Assembly: GCF_024700885.2 (NCBI RefSeq)
Contig: NZ_CP117016.1
Direction: 5' to 3' (one strand)
DNA: 64,000 nt
DNA from: Escherichia coli
GTDB lineage: Bacteria > Pseudomonadota > Gammaproteobacteria > Enterobacterales > Enterobacteriaceae
Both the position numbers and the translations under genes were made by a program. The notes below the pieces were generated by a model. That model was not told the DNA's origin. It saw only the letters and a program-made list of their open reading frames with translations, and did not search any database. This document shows, piece by piece, positions 18,099-29,198 of the stretch (within the stretch, counting starts at the first letter, position 1; each line of letters starts with the position of its first letter).

Positions 18099-20621
18099 GT
18101 GACTATGTTACAGATAGTCGGCGCGCTGATTCTGCTGATCGCAGGATTTGCCATTCTTCGCCTTTTGTTCAGAGCATTAACCAGCACAGCGTCTGCGCTG
18201 GCAGGGTTCGTATTGCTGTGTCTGTTCGGCCCGGCTTTACTGGCTGGCTATATCACTGAACGCATAACCCGGTTATTCCATATTCGCTGGCTGGCAGGCG
18301 TATTTCTGACGATTGCCGGAATGATTATCAGCTTCATGTGGGGACTTGATGGTAAACATATCGCACTGGAGGCTCATACTTTTGACTCTGTAAAATTTAT
18401 TCTGACCACCGCTCTCGCCGCTGGTCTGCTGGCTCTTCCCGTGCAGATAAGAACCATTCAGCAGAACGGGCTCACACCTGAAGATATCAGCAAGGAAATT
18501 AACGGGTATTACTGCTGTTTTTATACTGCTTTTTTCCTTATGGCGTGTTCTGCATACGCACCATTGATCGCATTGCAGTTCGATATTTCACCCTCACTGA
18601 TGTGGTGGGGCGGGTTGTTGTACTGGCTGGCTGCATTAGTGGCGCTGCTATGGGCGGCCAGCCAGATCCAGGCGCTGAAAAGACTGACCAGTGCCATCCG
18701 CCAGACACTGGAAGAACAACCGGTGCTCAACAGTAAATCGTGGCTGAGCAGTTTGCAAAACGATTACAGCCTTCCTGAAACGCTGACGGAGCGCATCTGG
18801 CTGACACTCATTTCACAACGGATTTCCCGGGGAGAACTGAGGGAATTTGAACTGGCAGACGGAAACTGGCTACTGGACAATGCCTGGTATGAAAGAAACA
18901 TGGCGGGTTTCAACGAAAAGCTGAGAGAGAGCCTGTCATTTACCCCTGATGAACTGAAAACCCTCTTCCGGAACCGCCTGAATTTATCACCGGAAGCGAA
19001 TGACGATTTTCTCGATCGTTGCCTGGACGGCGGTGACTGGTACCCCTTTTCAGAAGGCCGCCGTTTTGTATCATTCCACCACGTGGATGAGCTTCGTATC
19101 TGTGCCTCCTGCGGGCTGACAGAAGTACATCATGCCCCGGAAAATCATAAGCCGGATCCGGAATGGTACTGCTCCTCTCTTTGTCGCGAAACAGAAACAC
19201 TGTGTCAGGACATTTATGAACGTTCTTACACCGGTTTTATTTCCGATGCAACGGCGAATGGTCTGATTCTCATGAAACTGCCGGAAACCTGGAGTACAAA
19301 TGAGAAAATGTTTGCTTCCGGAGGGCAGGGACATGGGTTTGCCGCTGAACGGGGAAACCATATTGTCGACAGAGTCCGTCTGAAAAACGCACGGATCCTC
19401 GGTGATAATAATGCCAGAAATGGAGCAGACAGACTGGTCAGCGGAACAGAAATCCAGACGAAATATTGTTCAACTGCAGCCCGTAGCGTCGGTGCGGCAT
19501 TCGACGGACAAAACGGACAGTATCGTTACATGGGAAATCATGGTCCCATGCAACTGGAAGTCCCCCGTGATCAGTATGCCGGCGCTGTGGAAACCATGAA
19601 GAATAAGATCCGCGAAGGTAAAGTACCCGGTGTAACCGATCCCGCAGAAGCGTCCCGGCTGATTCGTCGGGGACATCTGACTTATACCCAGGCCCGTAAT
19701 ATCACCCGGTTCGGGACCATCGAATCGGTCACTTATGATATTGCCGAGGGGTCGGTTGTCAGTCTGGCGGCCGGAGGGATCAGTTTTGCCCTGACGGCAT
19801 CGGTCTTCTGGCTCAGCACCGGCGATCGCGATGCTGCCCTGCAGACAGCTGCTGTCCAGGCAGGAAAAACCTTCACCCGCACACTGGCTGTCTACGTCAC
19901 AACCCAGCAACTTCACCGGCTCAGTGTTGTTCAGGGTATGCTGAAGCATATTGATTTTTCGACGGCCAGCCCGACTGTCCGGCAGGCGCTTCAGAAGGGG
20001 ACCGGTGCAGGAAATATCAGTGCCCTGAACAAAGTGATGAAGGGTACGCTGGTGACATCTCTGGCACTGGTAGCTGTCACAACCGGCCCTGACATGATCA
20101 AAATGTTGCGGGGACGGATCTCCGGTGCGCAGTTCATCAGGAATCTTGCCGTGGCATCTTCCGGTGTGGCAGGTGGTGCTGTCGGGTCAGTGGCGGGCGG
20201 GATATTGTTCAGTCCACTGGGACCATTTGGTGCACTGACAGGGCGTGTGGTTGGCGGTGTTCTGGGGGGAATGATTGCCTCCGCTGTATCAGGAAAAATT
20301 GCCGGAGCGCTGGTTGAAGAAGATCGCGTCAAAATTCTGGCAATGATTCAGGAGCAGGTGACATGGCTTGCCGGCAGTTTCCTGCTGACCGGACATGAGA
20401 TTGAAAATCTGAACGAGAATCTGGCCCGTGTTATCGATCAGAATGCTCTGGAGATCATTTTCGCCGCCGGTATACAACAACGGGCCGCGACCAATATGTT
20501 AATCAAACCACTGGTGGTCAGTATCATCAGGCAACGCCCCGTCATGGAATATGATGCATCCCATCTCGGCAATATGGTTAACCGACTGGAAGAAGCATTA
20601 CCCCCGGAGTTACCGGCATAA
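18099..20621 (+). CDS. yeeR: YeeR-like inner-membrane protein, full length
   Basis: 840 aa; N-terminal hydrophobic helices, internal Cys cluster (CASCGL...CSSLC), C-terminal Gly-rich hydrophobic region; positioned after flu as in CP4-44. Confidence 0.65.
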   Translation: MTMLQIVGALILLIAGFAILRLLFRALTSTASALAGFVLLCLFGPALLAGYITERITRLFHIRWLAGVFLTIAGMIISFMWGLDGKHIALEAHTFDSVKFILTTALAAGLLALPVQIRTIQQNGLTPEDISKEINGYYCCFYTAFFLMACSAYAPLIALQFDISPSLMWWGGLLYWLAALVALLWAASQIQALKRLTSAIRQTLEEQPVLNSKSWLSSLQNDYSLPETLTERIWLTLISQRISRGELREFELADGNWLLDNAWYERNMAGFNEKLRESLSFTPDELKTLFRNRLNLSPEANDDFLDRCLDGGDWYPFSEGRRFVSFHHVDELRICASCGLTEVHHAPENHKPDPEWYCSSLCRETETLCQDIYERSYTGFISDATANGLILMKLPETWSTNEKMFASGGQGHGFAAERGNHIVDRVRLKNARILGDNNARNGADRLVSGTEIQTKYCSTAARSVGAAFDGQNGQYRYMGNHGPMQLEVPRDQYAGAVETMKNKIREGKVPGVTDPAEASRLIRRGHLTYTQARNITRFGTIESVTYDIAEGSVVSLAAGGISFALTASVFWLSTGDRDAALQTAAVQAGKTFTRTLAVYVTTQQLHRLSVVQGMLKHIDFSTASPTVRQALQKGTGAGNISALNKVMKGTLVTSLALVAVTTGPDMIKMLRGRISGAQFIRNLAVASSGVAGGAVGSVAGGILFSPLGPFGALTGRVVGGVLGGMIASAVSGKIAGALVEEDRVKILAMIQEQVTWLAGSFLLTGHEIENLNENLARVIDQNALEIIFAAGIQQRAATNMLIKPLVVSIIRQRPVMEYDASHLGNMVNRLEEALPPELPA

Positions 20622-20696
20622 CGGCTATTCTGCGCCTTTTACGCTTTATCACCTGATTTGTCAGTGTCATCGTCATGACTCAGAGAGGTAAATACC

Positions 20697-21152
20697 ATGA
20701 TTCACCTGTTCAAAACCTGCATGATTACCGCCTTCATTCTGGGGTTAACGTGGTCTGCCCCACTCCGGGCACAGGATCAACGTTACATCAGTATACGCAA
20801 TACAGATACGATATGGCTCCCGGGAAATATTTGTGCCTACCAGTTCCGGCTGGATAATGGCGGAAACGATGAAGGATTTGGCCCCCTCACCATCACTCTG
20901 CAACTCAAAGACAAATATGGTCAGACGCTGGTGACCAGAAAAATGGAAACGGAAGCCTTTGGTGACAGTAATGCCACGCGAACCACAGACGCATTTATGG
21001 AAACGGAGTGCGTGGAAAATGTCGCCACAACCGAAATCATTAAAGCAACTGAAGAAAGTAACGGCCATCGTGTCAGTCTGCCGTTATCGGTTTTTGATCC
21101 CCAGGACTACCATCCACTGCTGATTACCGTTTCCGGAAAAAATGTTAACTGA
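20697..21152 (+). CDS. Hypothetical secreted protein (signal peptide)
   Basis: 151 aa with N-terminal hydrophobic signal-like segment ...ITAFILGLTWSAPLRAQ; no family recognised. Confidence 0.55.
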   Translation: MIHLFKTCMITAFILGLTWSAPLRAQDQRYISIRNTDTIWLPGNICAYQFRLDNGGNDEGFGPLTITLQLKDKYGQTLVTRKMETEAFGDSNATRTTDAFMETECVENVATTEIIKATEESNGHRVSLPLSVFDPQDYHPLLITVSGKNVN

Positions 21153-21483
21153 TCCCTGAAGTCAGTTTCATGCTTCAGCCTCTGCCACAACGTATGGCAG
21201 AGGCTATTTATCAGGAGAAACCAGATATGCCGGGTTACACACAGAGTATGTCCTGGCTGAAGGATCTTTCTCATACGGGCAGACGGTGGCTGTCACAACA
21301 GCTTACCTTAATGTGCTTATTGAAGATGACCAGGTGCGCACTTCCGGCTGGTTATCCGCAACGCGGAAGGTCAGCGACGCTGGCGCTGCCGGAATACTGA
21401 ACCCTGTGCCGGAAAGCAGCTTAATGCGTGGCTCGCCAGTGAAGGGCTTCTCAGACAATAAACGTCATTGATTTCGTCCATCA

Positions 21484-21515
21484 GGCCGCGTCTTCTCCGG
21501 GAGACGCGGCTTTTT
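21484..21515 (+). terminator. Rho-independent terminator-like hairpin
   Basis: GCCGCGTCT ... AGACGCGGC stem followed by TTTTTT (21510-21515). Confidence 0.45.
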
Positions 21516-21561
21516 TCATTTATTACACCAGTAAATCTTAACCACCGATAAGGAGCAAAGT

Positions 21562-22383
21562 ATGCGATTAGCCAGTCGTTTTGGTTATGCTGCAAACCAG
21601 ATACGCCGTGACCGTCCACTGACACATGAAGAGCTGATGCACCATGTGCCGGGGATTTTCGGGGAAGATAAACACACGTCCCGAAGCCAGAACTATACGT
21701 ACATCCCCACCATCACCGTGCTGGAAAGTCTGCAGCGGGAAGGCTTCCAGCCATTCTTCGCCTGCCAGACCCGTGTGCGCGACCCGGGCCGTCGGGGATA
21801 CACAAAACACATGCTGCGTCTGCGGCGGGCCGGAGAGATAAACGGAGAACATGTCCCTGAAATTATTCTGCTCAACTCTCATGACGGTACCTCCAGCTAC
21901 CAGATGCTGCCGGGTTACTTCAGGTTCGTCTGCCAGAACGGGTGCGTCTGTGGTCAGTCTCTGGGGGAAGTGCGTGTTCCGCACCGGGGAAATGTAGTGG
22001 AGAAAGTTATCGAAGGGGCTTACGAGGTGGTGGGGGTTTTTGACCGGATAGAGGAGAAGCGTGATGCCATGCAGTCGCTGGTCCTGCCGCCACCGGCACG
22101 CCAGGCGCTGGCACAGGCGGCACTGACTTACCGTTATGGTGACGAACATCAGCCCGTCACCACCGCCGACATTCTGACGCCACGACGCCGGGAGGATTAC
22201 GGAAAGGACCTGTGGAGTGCTTATCAGACCATCCAGGAGAATATGCTGAAAGGGGGGATTTCCGGTCGCAGTGCCAGAGGAAAACGTATCCACACCCGTG
22301 CCATTCACAGCATCGACACCGACATTAAGCTCAACCGCGCATTGTGGGTGATGGCTGAAACGCTGCTGGAGAGTATGCGCTGA
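21562..22383 (+). CDS. DUF932-family protein (YfjQ/YafZ-like)
   Basis: 273 aa; position and sequence character match the DUF932 genes of CP4-type islands. Confidence 0.7.
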   Translation: MRLASRFGYAANQIRRDRPLTHEELMHHVPGIFGEDKHTSRSQNYTYIPTITVLESLQREGFQPFFACQTRVRDPGRRGYTKHMLRLRRAGEINGEHVPEIILLNSHDGTSSYQMLPGYFRFVCQNGCVCGQSLGEVRVPHRGNVVEKVIEGAYEVVGVFDRIEEKRDAMQSLVLPPPARQALAQAALTYRYGDEHQPVTTADILTPRRREDYGKDLWSAYQTIQENMLKGGISGRSARGKRIHTRAIHSIDTDIKLNRALWVMAETLLESMR

Positions 22384-22474
22384 TGCCGTTTCCCTGAAAG
22401 CGCAGTTCTGACTCACGTCTGTCCCTTCCCCCGGGATTTCTTCCATTCATTTACTTTTTATAAGGAATAATCTC

Positions 22475-22960
22475 ATGACAACCGTCTTGCATAATTCCAC
22501 CACTCCTTCTGTTTCCGTAACCGCTGCATCAGGGAATGACCAGCCTCAGCTGGTTGCCACCATAGTCCCTGATGAACAGCGCATCAGCTTCTGGCCGCAG
22601 CACTTTGGCCTCATTCCACAGTGGGTGGCCCTGGAGCCCCGTGTCTTCGGCTGGATGGACCGTCTGTGTGAAGACTACTGCGGTGGTATCTGGAATCTGT
22701 ACACCCTGAACAACGGCGGGGCATTTATGGCACCCGAACCGGATGACGATGATGACGAAACATGGGTACTGTTCAATGCCATGAACGGTAACCGCGCTGA
22801 AATGAGCCCGGAAGCCGCCGGCATTGCTGCCTGTCTGATGACGTACAGCCATCATGCCTGTCGTACGGAGTGTTATGCCATGACGGTCCATTATTACCGG
22901 TTGCGGGATTACGCCCTGCAGCATCCGGAATGCAGCGCCATTATGCGCATCATCGACTGA
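22475..22960 (+). CDS. Anti-restriction protein (ArdB/KlcA family, YfjX/YafX-like)
   Basis: 161 aa; acidic DDDDDE stretch and ...FGWMDRLCEDYCGGIWNLYTLNNGGAFMAP... typical of this family; position upstream of the radC-like gene. Confidence 0.75.
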   Translation: MTTVLHNSTTPSVSVTAASGNDQPQLVATIVPDEQRISFWPQHFGLIPQWVALEPRVFGWMDRLCEDYCGGIWNLYTLNNGGAFMAPEPDDDDDETWVLFNAMNGNRAEMSPEAAGIAACLMTYSHHACRTECYAMTVHYYRLRDYALQHPECSAIMRIID

Positions 22961-23452
22961 ATGGAGAGAAGCACAATGCAACAGCTTTCCTTTCTGCCCG
23001 GAGAGATGACGCCCGGCGAGCGCAGTCTCATTCTGCGGGCCCTGAAAACTCTGGACCGCCATCTTCATGAACCCGGCGTGGCCTTCACCTCCACCCGTGC
23101 GGCACGGGAATGGCTGATTCTGAACATGGCGGGACTGGAGCGTGAAGAATTCCGGGTGCTGTATCTGAATAACCAGAATCAACTGATTGCCGGTGAAACC
23201 CTCTTCACCGGCACCATCAACCGCACGGAAGTCCATCCCCGGGAAGTGATTAAACGCGCCCTGTACCACAATGCCGCTGCCGTGGTGCTGGCGCACAATC
23301 ACCCGTCCGGTGAAGTCACACCCAGCAAGGCAGACCGCCTTATCACGGAACGTCTGGTACAGGCACTGGGCCTGGTGGATATCCGGGTGCCGGACCATCT
23401 GATAGTCGGTGGCAACCAGGTTTTCTCCTTTGCCGAACATGGTCTGCTTTAA
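22961..23452 (+). CDS. yeeS: RadC-like JAB-domain protein (YeeS/YfjY/YkfG family)
   Basis: JAMM motif HNHPSGEVTPSKAD; alternative start at 22976 (MQQLSFLPGE). Confidence 0.85.
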   Translation: MERSTMQQLSFLPGEMTPGERSLILRALKTLDRHLHEPGVAFTSTRAAREWLILNMAGLEREEFRVLYLNNQNQLIAGETLFTGTINRTEVHPREVIKRALYHNAAAVVLAHNHPSGEVTPSKADRLITERLVQALGLVDIRVPDHLIVGGNQVFSFAEHGLL

Positions 23453-23514
23453 CCCGTCACAACCACATCACACCTGTTTTCACTTTTATCTTCTGTCTTC
23501 AGAGGTATCACATC

Positions 23515-23736
23515 ATGAGAATCATCACCCGTGGTGAAGCCATGCGTATTCACCAACAGCATCCTGCATCCCGTCTTTTTCCGTTCTGTACCGGTAAGTA
23601 TCGCTGGCACGGCAGTGCTGAAGCGTATACTGGTCGTGAAGTGCAGGATATTCCCGGCGTTCTTGCCGTGTTTGCAGAACGCCGTAAGGACAGTTTTGGC
23701 CCGTATGTCCGGCTGATGAGTGTCACCCTGAACTGA
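23515..23736 (+). CDS. yeeT: YeeT-family small protein (DUF987)
   Basis: 73 aa; position between radC-like gene and cbeA. Confidence 0.7.
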   Translation: MRIITRGEAMRIHQQHPASRLFPFCTGKYRWHGSAEAYTGREVQDIPGVLAVFAERRKDSFGPYVRLMSVTLN

Positions 23737-23898
23737 TGTTCCGTCACCCGGGAAACGAGTACGACCAGATGACCTCAGACGCCGCTGTGGATGAGGCCAT
23801 TCTCATCAATGCATACATCTTCACCGAAACCGGTCAGCGCGCCGGCTGACCTGTCATCGTTAAACCATTCTTAACCACTTTTCAGAGAGGATTTTATC

Positions 23899-24273
23899 GT
23901 GTCAGACAAACTCTCCGGGATAACTCATCCCGATGACAATCACGACCGCCCCTGGTGGGGGCTTCCCTGCACAGTGAGGCCCTGTTTTGGCGCTCGTCTG
24001 GTGCAAGAGGGTAACCGCCTGCATTACCTTGCCGACCGCGCCGGTATCAGAGGCCGCTTCAGCGACGCAGATGCATACCATCTGGACCAGGCCTTTCCGC
24101 TGCTGATGAAACAACTGGAACTCATGCTCACCAGCGGTGAACTGAATCCCCGATATCAGCATACCGTCACGCTGTATGCAAAAGGGCTGACCTGCGAAGC
24201 CGACACCCTCGGCTCCTGTGGTTACGTTTATCTGGCTGTTTATCCGACACCAGCACCCGCAACCACCTCATAA
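23899..24273 (+). CDS. cbeA: CbeA (YeeU) type IV antitoxin
   Basis: 124 aa, ...[34 protein letters not shown]...; immediately upstream of cbtA. Confidence 0.85.
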   Translation: MSDKLSGITHPDDNHDRPWWGLPCTVRPCFGARLVQEGNRLHYLADRAGIRGRFSDADAYHLDQAFPLLMKQLELMLTSGELNPRYQHTVTLYAKGLTCEADTLGSCGYVYLAVYPTPAPATTS

Positions 24274-24319
24274 CCCCGAAGCTCTCACCTTTAGCACTAC
24301 CAGTTACAGAGAACTTAAG

Positions 24320-24694
24320 ATGAAAACATTATCCGACACACATGTACGGGAGGTATCTCGCTGCCCGTCTCCCGTCACCATCTGGCAGACACTGCTCATC
24401 CGACTGCTGGACCAGCATTATGGCCTCACACTGAATGACACACCGTTTGCCGATGAACGTGTGATTGAGCAGCATATTGAGGCAGGCATTTCACTGTGTG
24501 ATGCAGTTAATTTTCTCGTGGAAAAATACGCGCTGGTGCGTACCGACCAGCCGGGATTCAGCACCTGTCCCCGCTCTCAGTTAATAAACAGTATTGATAT
24601 CCTCCGGGCTCGCCGGGCGACCGGCCTGATGACCCGCGACAATTACAGAACGGTAAATAACATTACCCTGGGTAAGTATCCGGAGGCGAAATGA
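24320..24694 (+). CDS. cbtA: CbtA (YeeV) type IV toxin (cytoskeleton-targeting)
   Basis: 124 aa [26 protein letters not shown]...; ATG at 24320 preferred over the ORF-track start 24218. Confidence 0.85.
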   Translation: MKTLSDTHVREVSRCPSPVTIWQTLLIRLLDQHYGLTLNDTPFADERVIEQHIEAGISLCDAVNFLVEKYALVRTDQPGFSTCPRSQLINSIDILRARRATGLMTRDNYRTVNNITLGKYPEAK

Positions 24695-25182
24695 TGAAAC
24701 TGGCCCTGACACTGGAAGCCGACAGCGTTAACGTACAGGCACTGAACATGGGGCGCATTGTCGTTGACGTCGATGGTATTGAGCTCGCTGAACTGATTAA
24801 CATGGTCTGCGATAACGGCTACTCCCTTCGTGTTGTTGATGAATCTGACCAGACCTCAGCAGAATGCACGCCACCATTTGCTACCCTTACCGGCATACGC
24901 TGCAGTACCGCACATATCACGGAAACGGACAACGCCTGGTTGTACTCGCTGTCACACCAGACCAGTGACTTCGGTGAATCAGAATGGATTCATTTTACAG
25001 GTAGCGGATATCTGTTACGTACCGATGCGTGGTCATACCCGGTTCTGCGGCTTAAACGCCTGGGGCTGTCAAAAACGTTCCGTCGTCTGGTCGTCACACT
25101 CATCCGGCGTTATGGCGTCAGTCTCATTCATCTGGATGCCAGCGCTGAATGCCTGCCGGGTTTACCCACTTTCGACTGGTAA
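24691..25182 (+). CDS. yeeW: YeeW-family protein
   Basis: 163 aa, start overlaps the cbtA stop by 4 nt. Confidence 0.65.
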   Translation: MMKLALTLEADSVNVQALNMGRIVVDVDGIELAELINMVCDNGYSLRVVDESDQTSAECTPPFATLTGIRCSTAHITETDNAWLYSLSHQTSDFGESEWIHFTGSGYLLRTDAWSYPVLRLKRLGLSKTFRRLVVTLIRRYGVSLIHLDASAECLPGLPTFDW

Positions 25183-25193
25183 CCAGGAACAAC

Positions 25194-25391
25194 ATGAAAT
25201 CATTAACCACGGAAACAGCGCTGGATATTCTGATTGCGTGGCTGCAGGACAATATCGACTGCGGATCGGGAATTATCTTTGACAACGATGAGGATAAAAC
25301 GGATTCAGCAGCACTGTTGCCCTGTATCGAACAGGCCCGGGAGGATGTCCGTACCCTGCGTCATCTGCAGCTTCTGCACCAGAACCGGTGA
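25194..25391 (+). CDS. Hypothetical small protein (65 aa)
   Basis: MKSLTTETALDILIAWLQDN...; start placed at internal Met of ORF-track ORF 25149-25391. Confidence 0.45.
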   Translation: MKSLTTETALDILIAWLQDNIDCGSGIIFDNDEDKTDSAALLPCIEQAREDVRTLRHLQLLHQNR

Positions 25392-25475
25392 AGCTCACTC
25401 ACCAGACTTCATTCCTCTGACGCCAGCCTGCACAGGGCTGGCGTTTTCATTTATCTGCAAAAAGGAATATCGATT

Positions 25476-26318
25476 ATGTCAGATATCACAATCTCCCGTC
25501 CGGAAGTGGTCAACGGGCATACGGACGTTATCTGCTCAACCAGCATTCGCCACATTCTGGCTGTACGAAAGAGTACACTGTTGCAAATCGACACACTTAT
25601 CCGACAACTGGCTGAAATCTCGGTGCTGACGGAAAGCATCGGAGGTAAAACTGCCCCGGACTGGGCCATGAAACAGGATTTTCGCTGCGGCTGCTGGCTG
25701 ATGGAGAAACCCGAAACAGCAATGAAAGCCATTACCCGGAATCTTGATCGCGAAATCTGGCGTGACCTGATGCAACGTTCCGGGATGCTGTCATTAATGG
25801 ATACGCAGGCCCGTGATACATGGTACCGGTCACTGGAGTACGATAATTTTCCGGAAATCAGCGAAGCGAACATTCTGAGCACATTTGAACAACTGCACCA
25901 GAATAAGGATGAGGTGTTTGAGCGAGGGGTGATCAACGTCTTCAGAGGGCTGAACTGGAATTACAAAACCAATTGCCCCTGTAAATTTGGCAGTAAAATT
26001 ATCGTCAACAATCTGGTGAGATGGGACCGGTGGGGATTTCATCTTATCACCGGACAACAGGCTGACCGACTCGCCGATCTGGAAAGAATGTTGCACCTGT
26101 TCAGCGGTAAACCAATCCCCGACAACCGGGGAAACATCACCCTTCGTCTGGATGATCACATTCAGTCTGTTCAGGGTAAAGAGAGCTATGAAGATGAGAT
26201 GTTCAGCATCAGATACTTTAAGAAGGGCTCCGCGCATATCACGTTCAGAAAACCAGAACTGGTTGACAGACTGAATGATATTATCGCAAAACACTATCCT
26301 GATATGCTGGCAGTATAG
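25476..26318 (+). CDS. Hypothetical protein (280 aa), last island gene before the tRNA
   Basis: Long ORF with protein-like composition; no motif recognised. Confidence 0.6.
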   Translation: MSDITISRPEVVNGHTDVICSTSIRHILAVRKSTLLQIDTLIRQLAEISVLTESIGGKTAPDWAMKQDFRCGCWLMEKPETAMKAITRNLDREIWRDLMQRSGMLSLMDTQARDTWYRSLEYDNFPEISEANILSTFEQLHQNKDEVFERGVINVFRGLNWNYKTNCPCKFGSKIIVNNLVRWDRWGFHLITGQQADRLADLERMLHLFSGKPIPDNRGNITLRLDDHIQSVQGKESYEDEMFSIRYFKKGSAHITFRKPELVDRLNDIIAKHYPDMLAV

Positions 26319-26467
26319 CTTTGCCAGTATGCTCAAAGATCGGAAATTGTCCGATAAGATATAATCGCGGGGCATATAAACCGGTTTCAGATGGCATACC
26401 CGATGGCATACTGTCTGGAAGGAAAAATAAAAAAGCGCATGTTAAACAATAACATGCGCTTATAATC

Positions 26468-26555
26468 TGGCGGTGAGGGGGGGATTCGAACCCCCGATAC
26501 GTTGCCGTATACACACTTTCCAGGCGTGCTCCTTCAGCCACTCGGACACCTCACC
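26468..26555 (-). tRNA. serX: tRNA-Ser (anticodon GGA), serX-like
   Basis: Reverse complement reads GGTGAGGTGTCCGAGTGGCTGAAGGAGCACGCCTGGAAAGTGTG...GGGGGTTCGAATCCCCCCCTCACCGCCA: long variable arm, T-loop GGTTCGAATCC, CCA end, GGA anticodon. Confidence 0.95.
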
Positions 26556-26749
26556 AAATTGTTGTTCCTGTCTTGCTGGAACGGGCGCTAATTTAGGGAA
26601 ATCATGACCTGAGGTCAACAAACTTTTTTAAAAAATCGCGCGTTTATTCAAACTTCAATCAATATGCAGTTTTAATAAGCGAAATCTGCTTTTTTTGCCA
26701 CCGACCACGGATTTGTTATGCTGGTGGCTTTTGTAGATCATAACGATAA

Positions 26750-27727
<978 letters not shown>

Positions 27728-27781
27728 TAAAGCATCAGGTTTCCTGCTATCCTTGGCGGGAATTGAATACAGGAGAGAGTT

Positions 27782-28519
27782 ATGTATCCCGTCGACCTTC
27801 ATATGCATACCGTTGCTAGCACGCATGCATATAGCACATTGAGTGATTACATTGCCCAGGCCAAACAAAAGGGCATTAAACTTTTTGCGATCACCGATCA
27901 TGGCCCGGATATGGAAGATGCGCCGCATCACTGGCACTTCATTAACATGCGTATCTGGCCGCGAGTGGTTGATGGAGTAGGGATCCTGCGCGGCATCGAA
28001 GCTAACATTAAAAATGTTGACGGTGAAATTGACTGCAGTGGCAAAATGTTTGATTCGCTGGATCTGATTATTGCCGGTTTTCATGAGCCGGTGTTTGCGC
28101 CGCATGACAAAGCGACCAATACGCAAGCGATGATCGCCACTATCGCCAGCGGCAATGTGCATATAATAAGCCATCCCGGAAATCCGAAATATGAAATAGA
28201 TGTTAAAGCCGTTGCTGAAGCAGCTGCGAAACATCAGGTGGCGCTGGAAATCAATAATTCCTCATTTTTACACTCACGTAAGGGCAGTGAAGACAACTGT
28301 CGTGCGGTAGCCGCAGCGGTACGTGACGCTGGAGGTTGGGTGGCATTAGGCTCGGATTCTCACACCGCGTTTACCATGGGTGAATTTGAAGAGTGTCTTA
28401 AAATCCTCGACGCGGTAGATTTTCCGCCAGAGCGCATTTTGAATGTTTCTCCGCGCCGCTTACTGAACTTCCTTGAATCTCGCGGTATGGCACCGATTGC
28501 GGAATTTGCAGACCTTTAA
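27782..28519 (+). CDS. ycdX: PHP-domain phosphatase YcdX
   Basis: [20 protein letters not shown]... His-rich PHP motifs. Confidence 0.95.
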
Positions 28520-28542
28520 TTACTAGTAATGGAAATATATTA

Positions 28543-29097
28543 ATGAACGAGTTTTCTATCCTCTGTCGTGTGCTGGGTTCGCTCTATTACCGCCAACCAC
28601 AAGATCCTTTACTGGTGCCGCTGTTTACCCTGATTCGTGAGGGGAAACTGGCTGCGAACTGGCCACTGGAGCAGGATGAGTTACTGACGCGTTTACAGAA
28701 AAGCTGTGATATGACGCAAGTCTCTGCCGATTACAATGCGTTGTTTATCGGCGATGAATGTGCTGTGCCGCCATATCGTAGTGCATGGGTTGAGGGCGCG
28801 ACGGAAGCGGAAGTGCGCACTTTTCTTTCCGAACGAGGGATGCCATTAGCGGATACGCCAGCCGATCACATCGGTACATTGCTGCTCGCGGCTTCCTGGC
28901 TGGAAGATCAGTCAACGGAAGATGAGAGCGAAGCACTGGAAACACTGTTCAGTGAGTATCTGTTACCCTGGTGTGGTGCGTTCCTCGGCAAAGTGGAGGC
29001 TCATGCAACCACGCCTTTCTGGCGCACCATGGCACCGCTAACCCGCGATGCCATTAGTGCAATGTGGGACGAGCTGGAAGAAGATTCTGAAGAGTAA
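28543..29097 (+). CDS. ycdY: Chaperone YcdY
   Basis: 184 aa, conserved position after ycdX. Confidence 0.9.
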   Translation: MNEFSILCRVLGSLYYRQPQDPLLVPLFTLIREGKLAANWPLEQDELLTRLQKSCDMTQVSADYNALFIGDECAVPPYRSAWVEGATEAEVRTFLSERGMPLADTPADHIGTLLLAASWLEDQSTEDESEALETLFSEYLLPWCGAFLGKVEAHATTPFWRTMAPLTRDAISAMWDELEEDSEE

Positions 29098-29198
29098 ATG
29101 TGATCTGCATCACTCATAACTGCAACAGATAATTTGTTGTTGCATAAAATGTGTGCTCGATCTCATTCATGGCCGCGTTTTCTGCTATCATGCGCGGC

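Noticed and set aside
24218-24319. 5' extension of cbtA suggested by the ORF track (start at 24218)
   Set aside because: The extension overlaps the end of cbeA; the ATG at 24320 gives the expected 124-aa toxin.
24830-25282. 150-aa ORF in an alternative frame overlapping yeeW
   Set aside because: Overlaps the yeeW-family gene in a different frame and has an arbitrary, Arg/His-rich composition.
26319-26467. Integrase or attachment-site repeat next to the tRNA
   Set aside because: No integrase ORF is present, and a direct repeat cannot be confirmed without the island's other end, so no att feature is reported.
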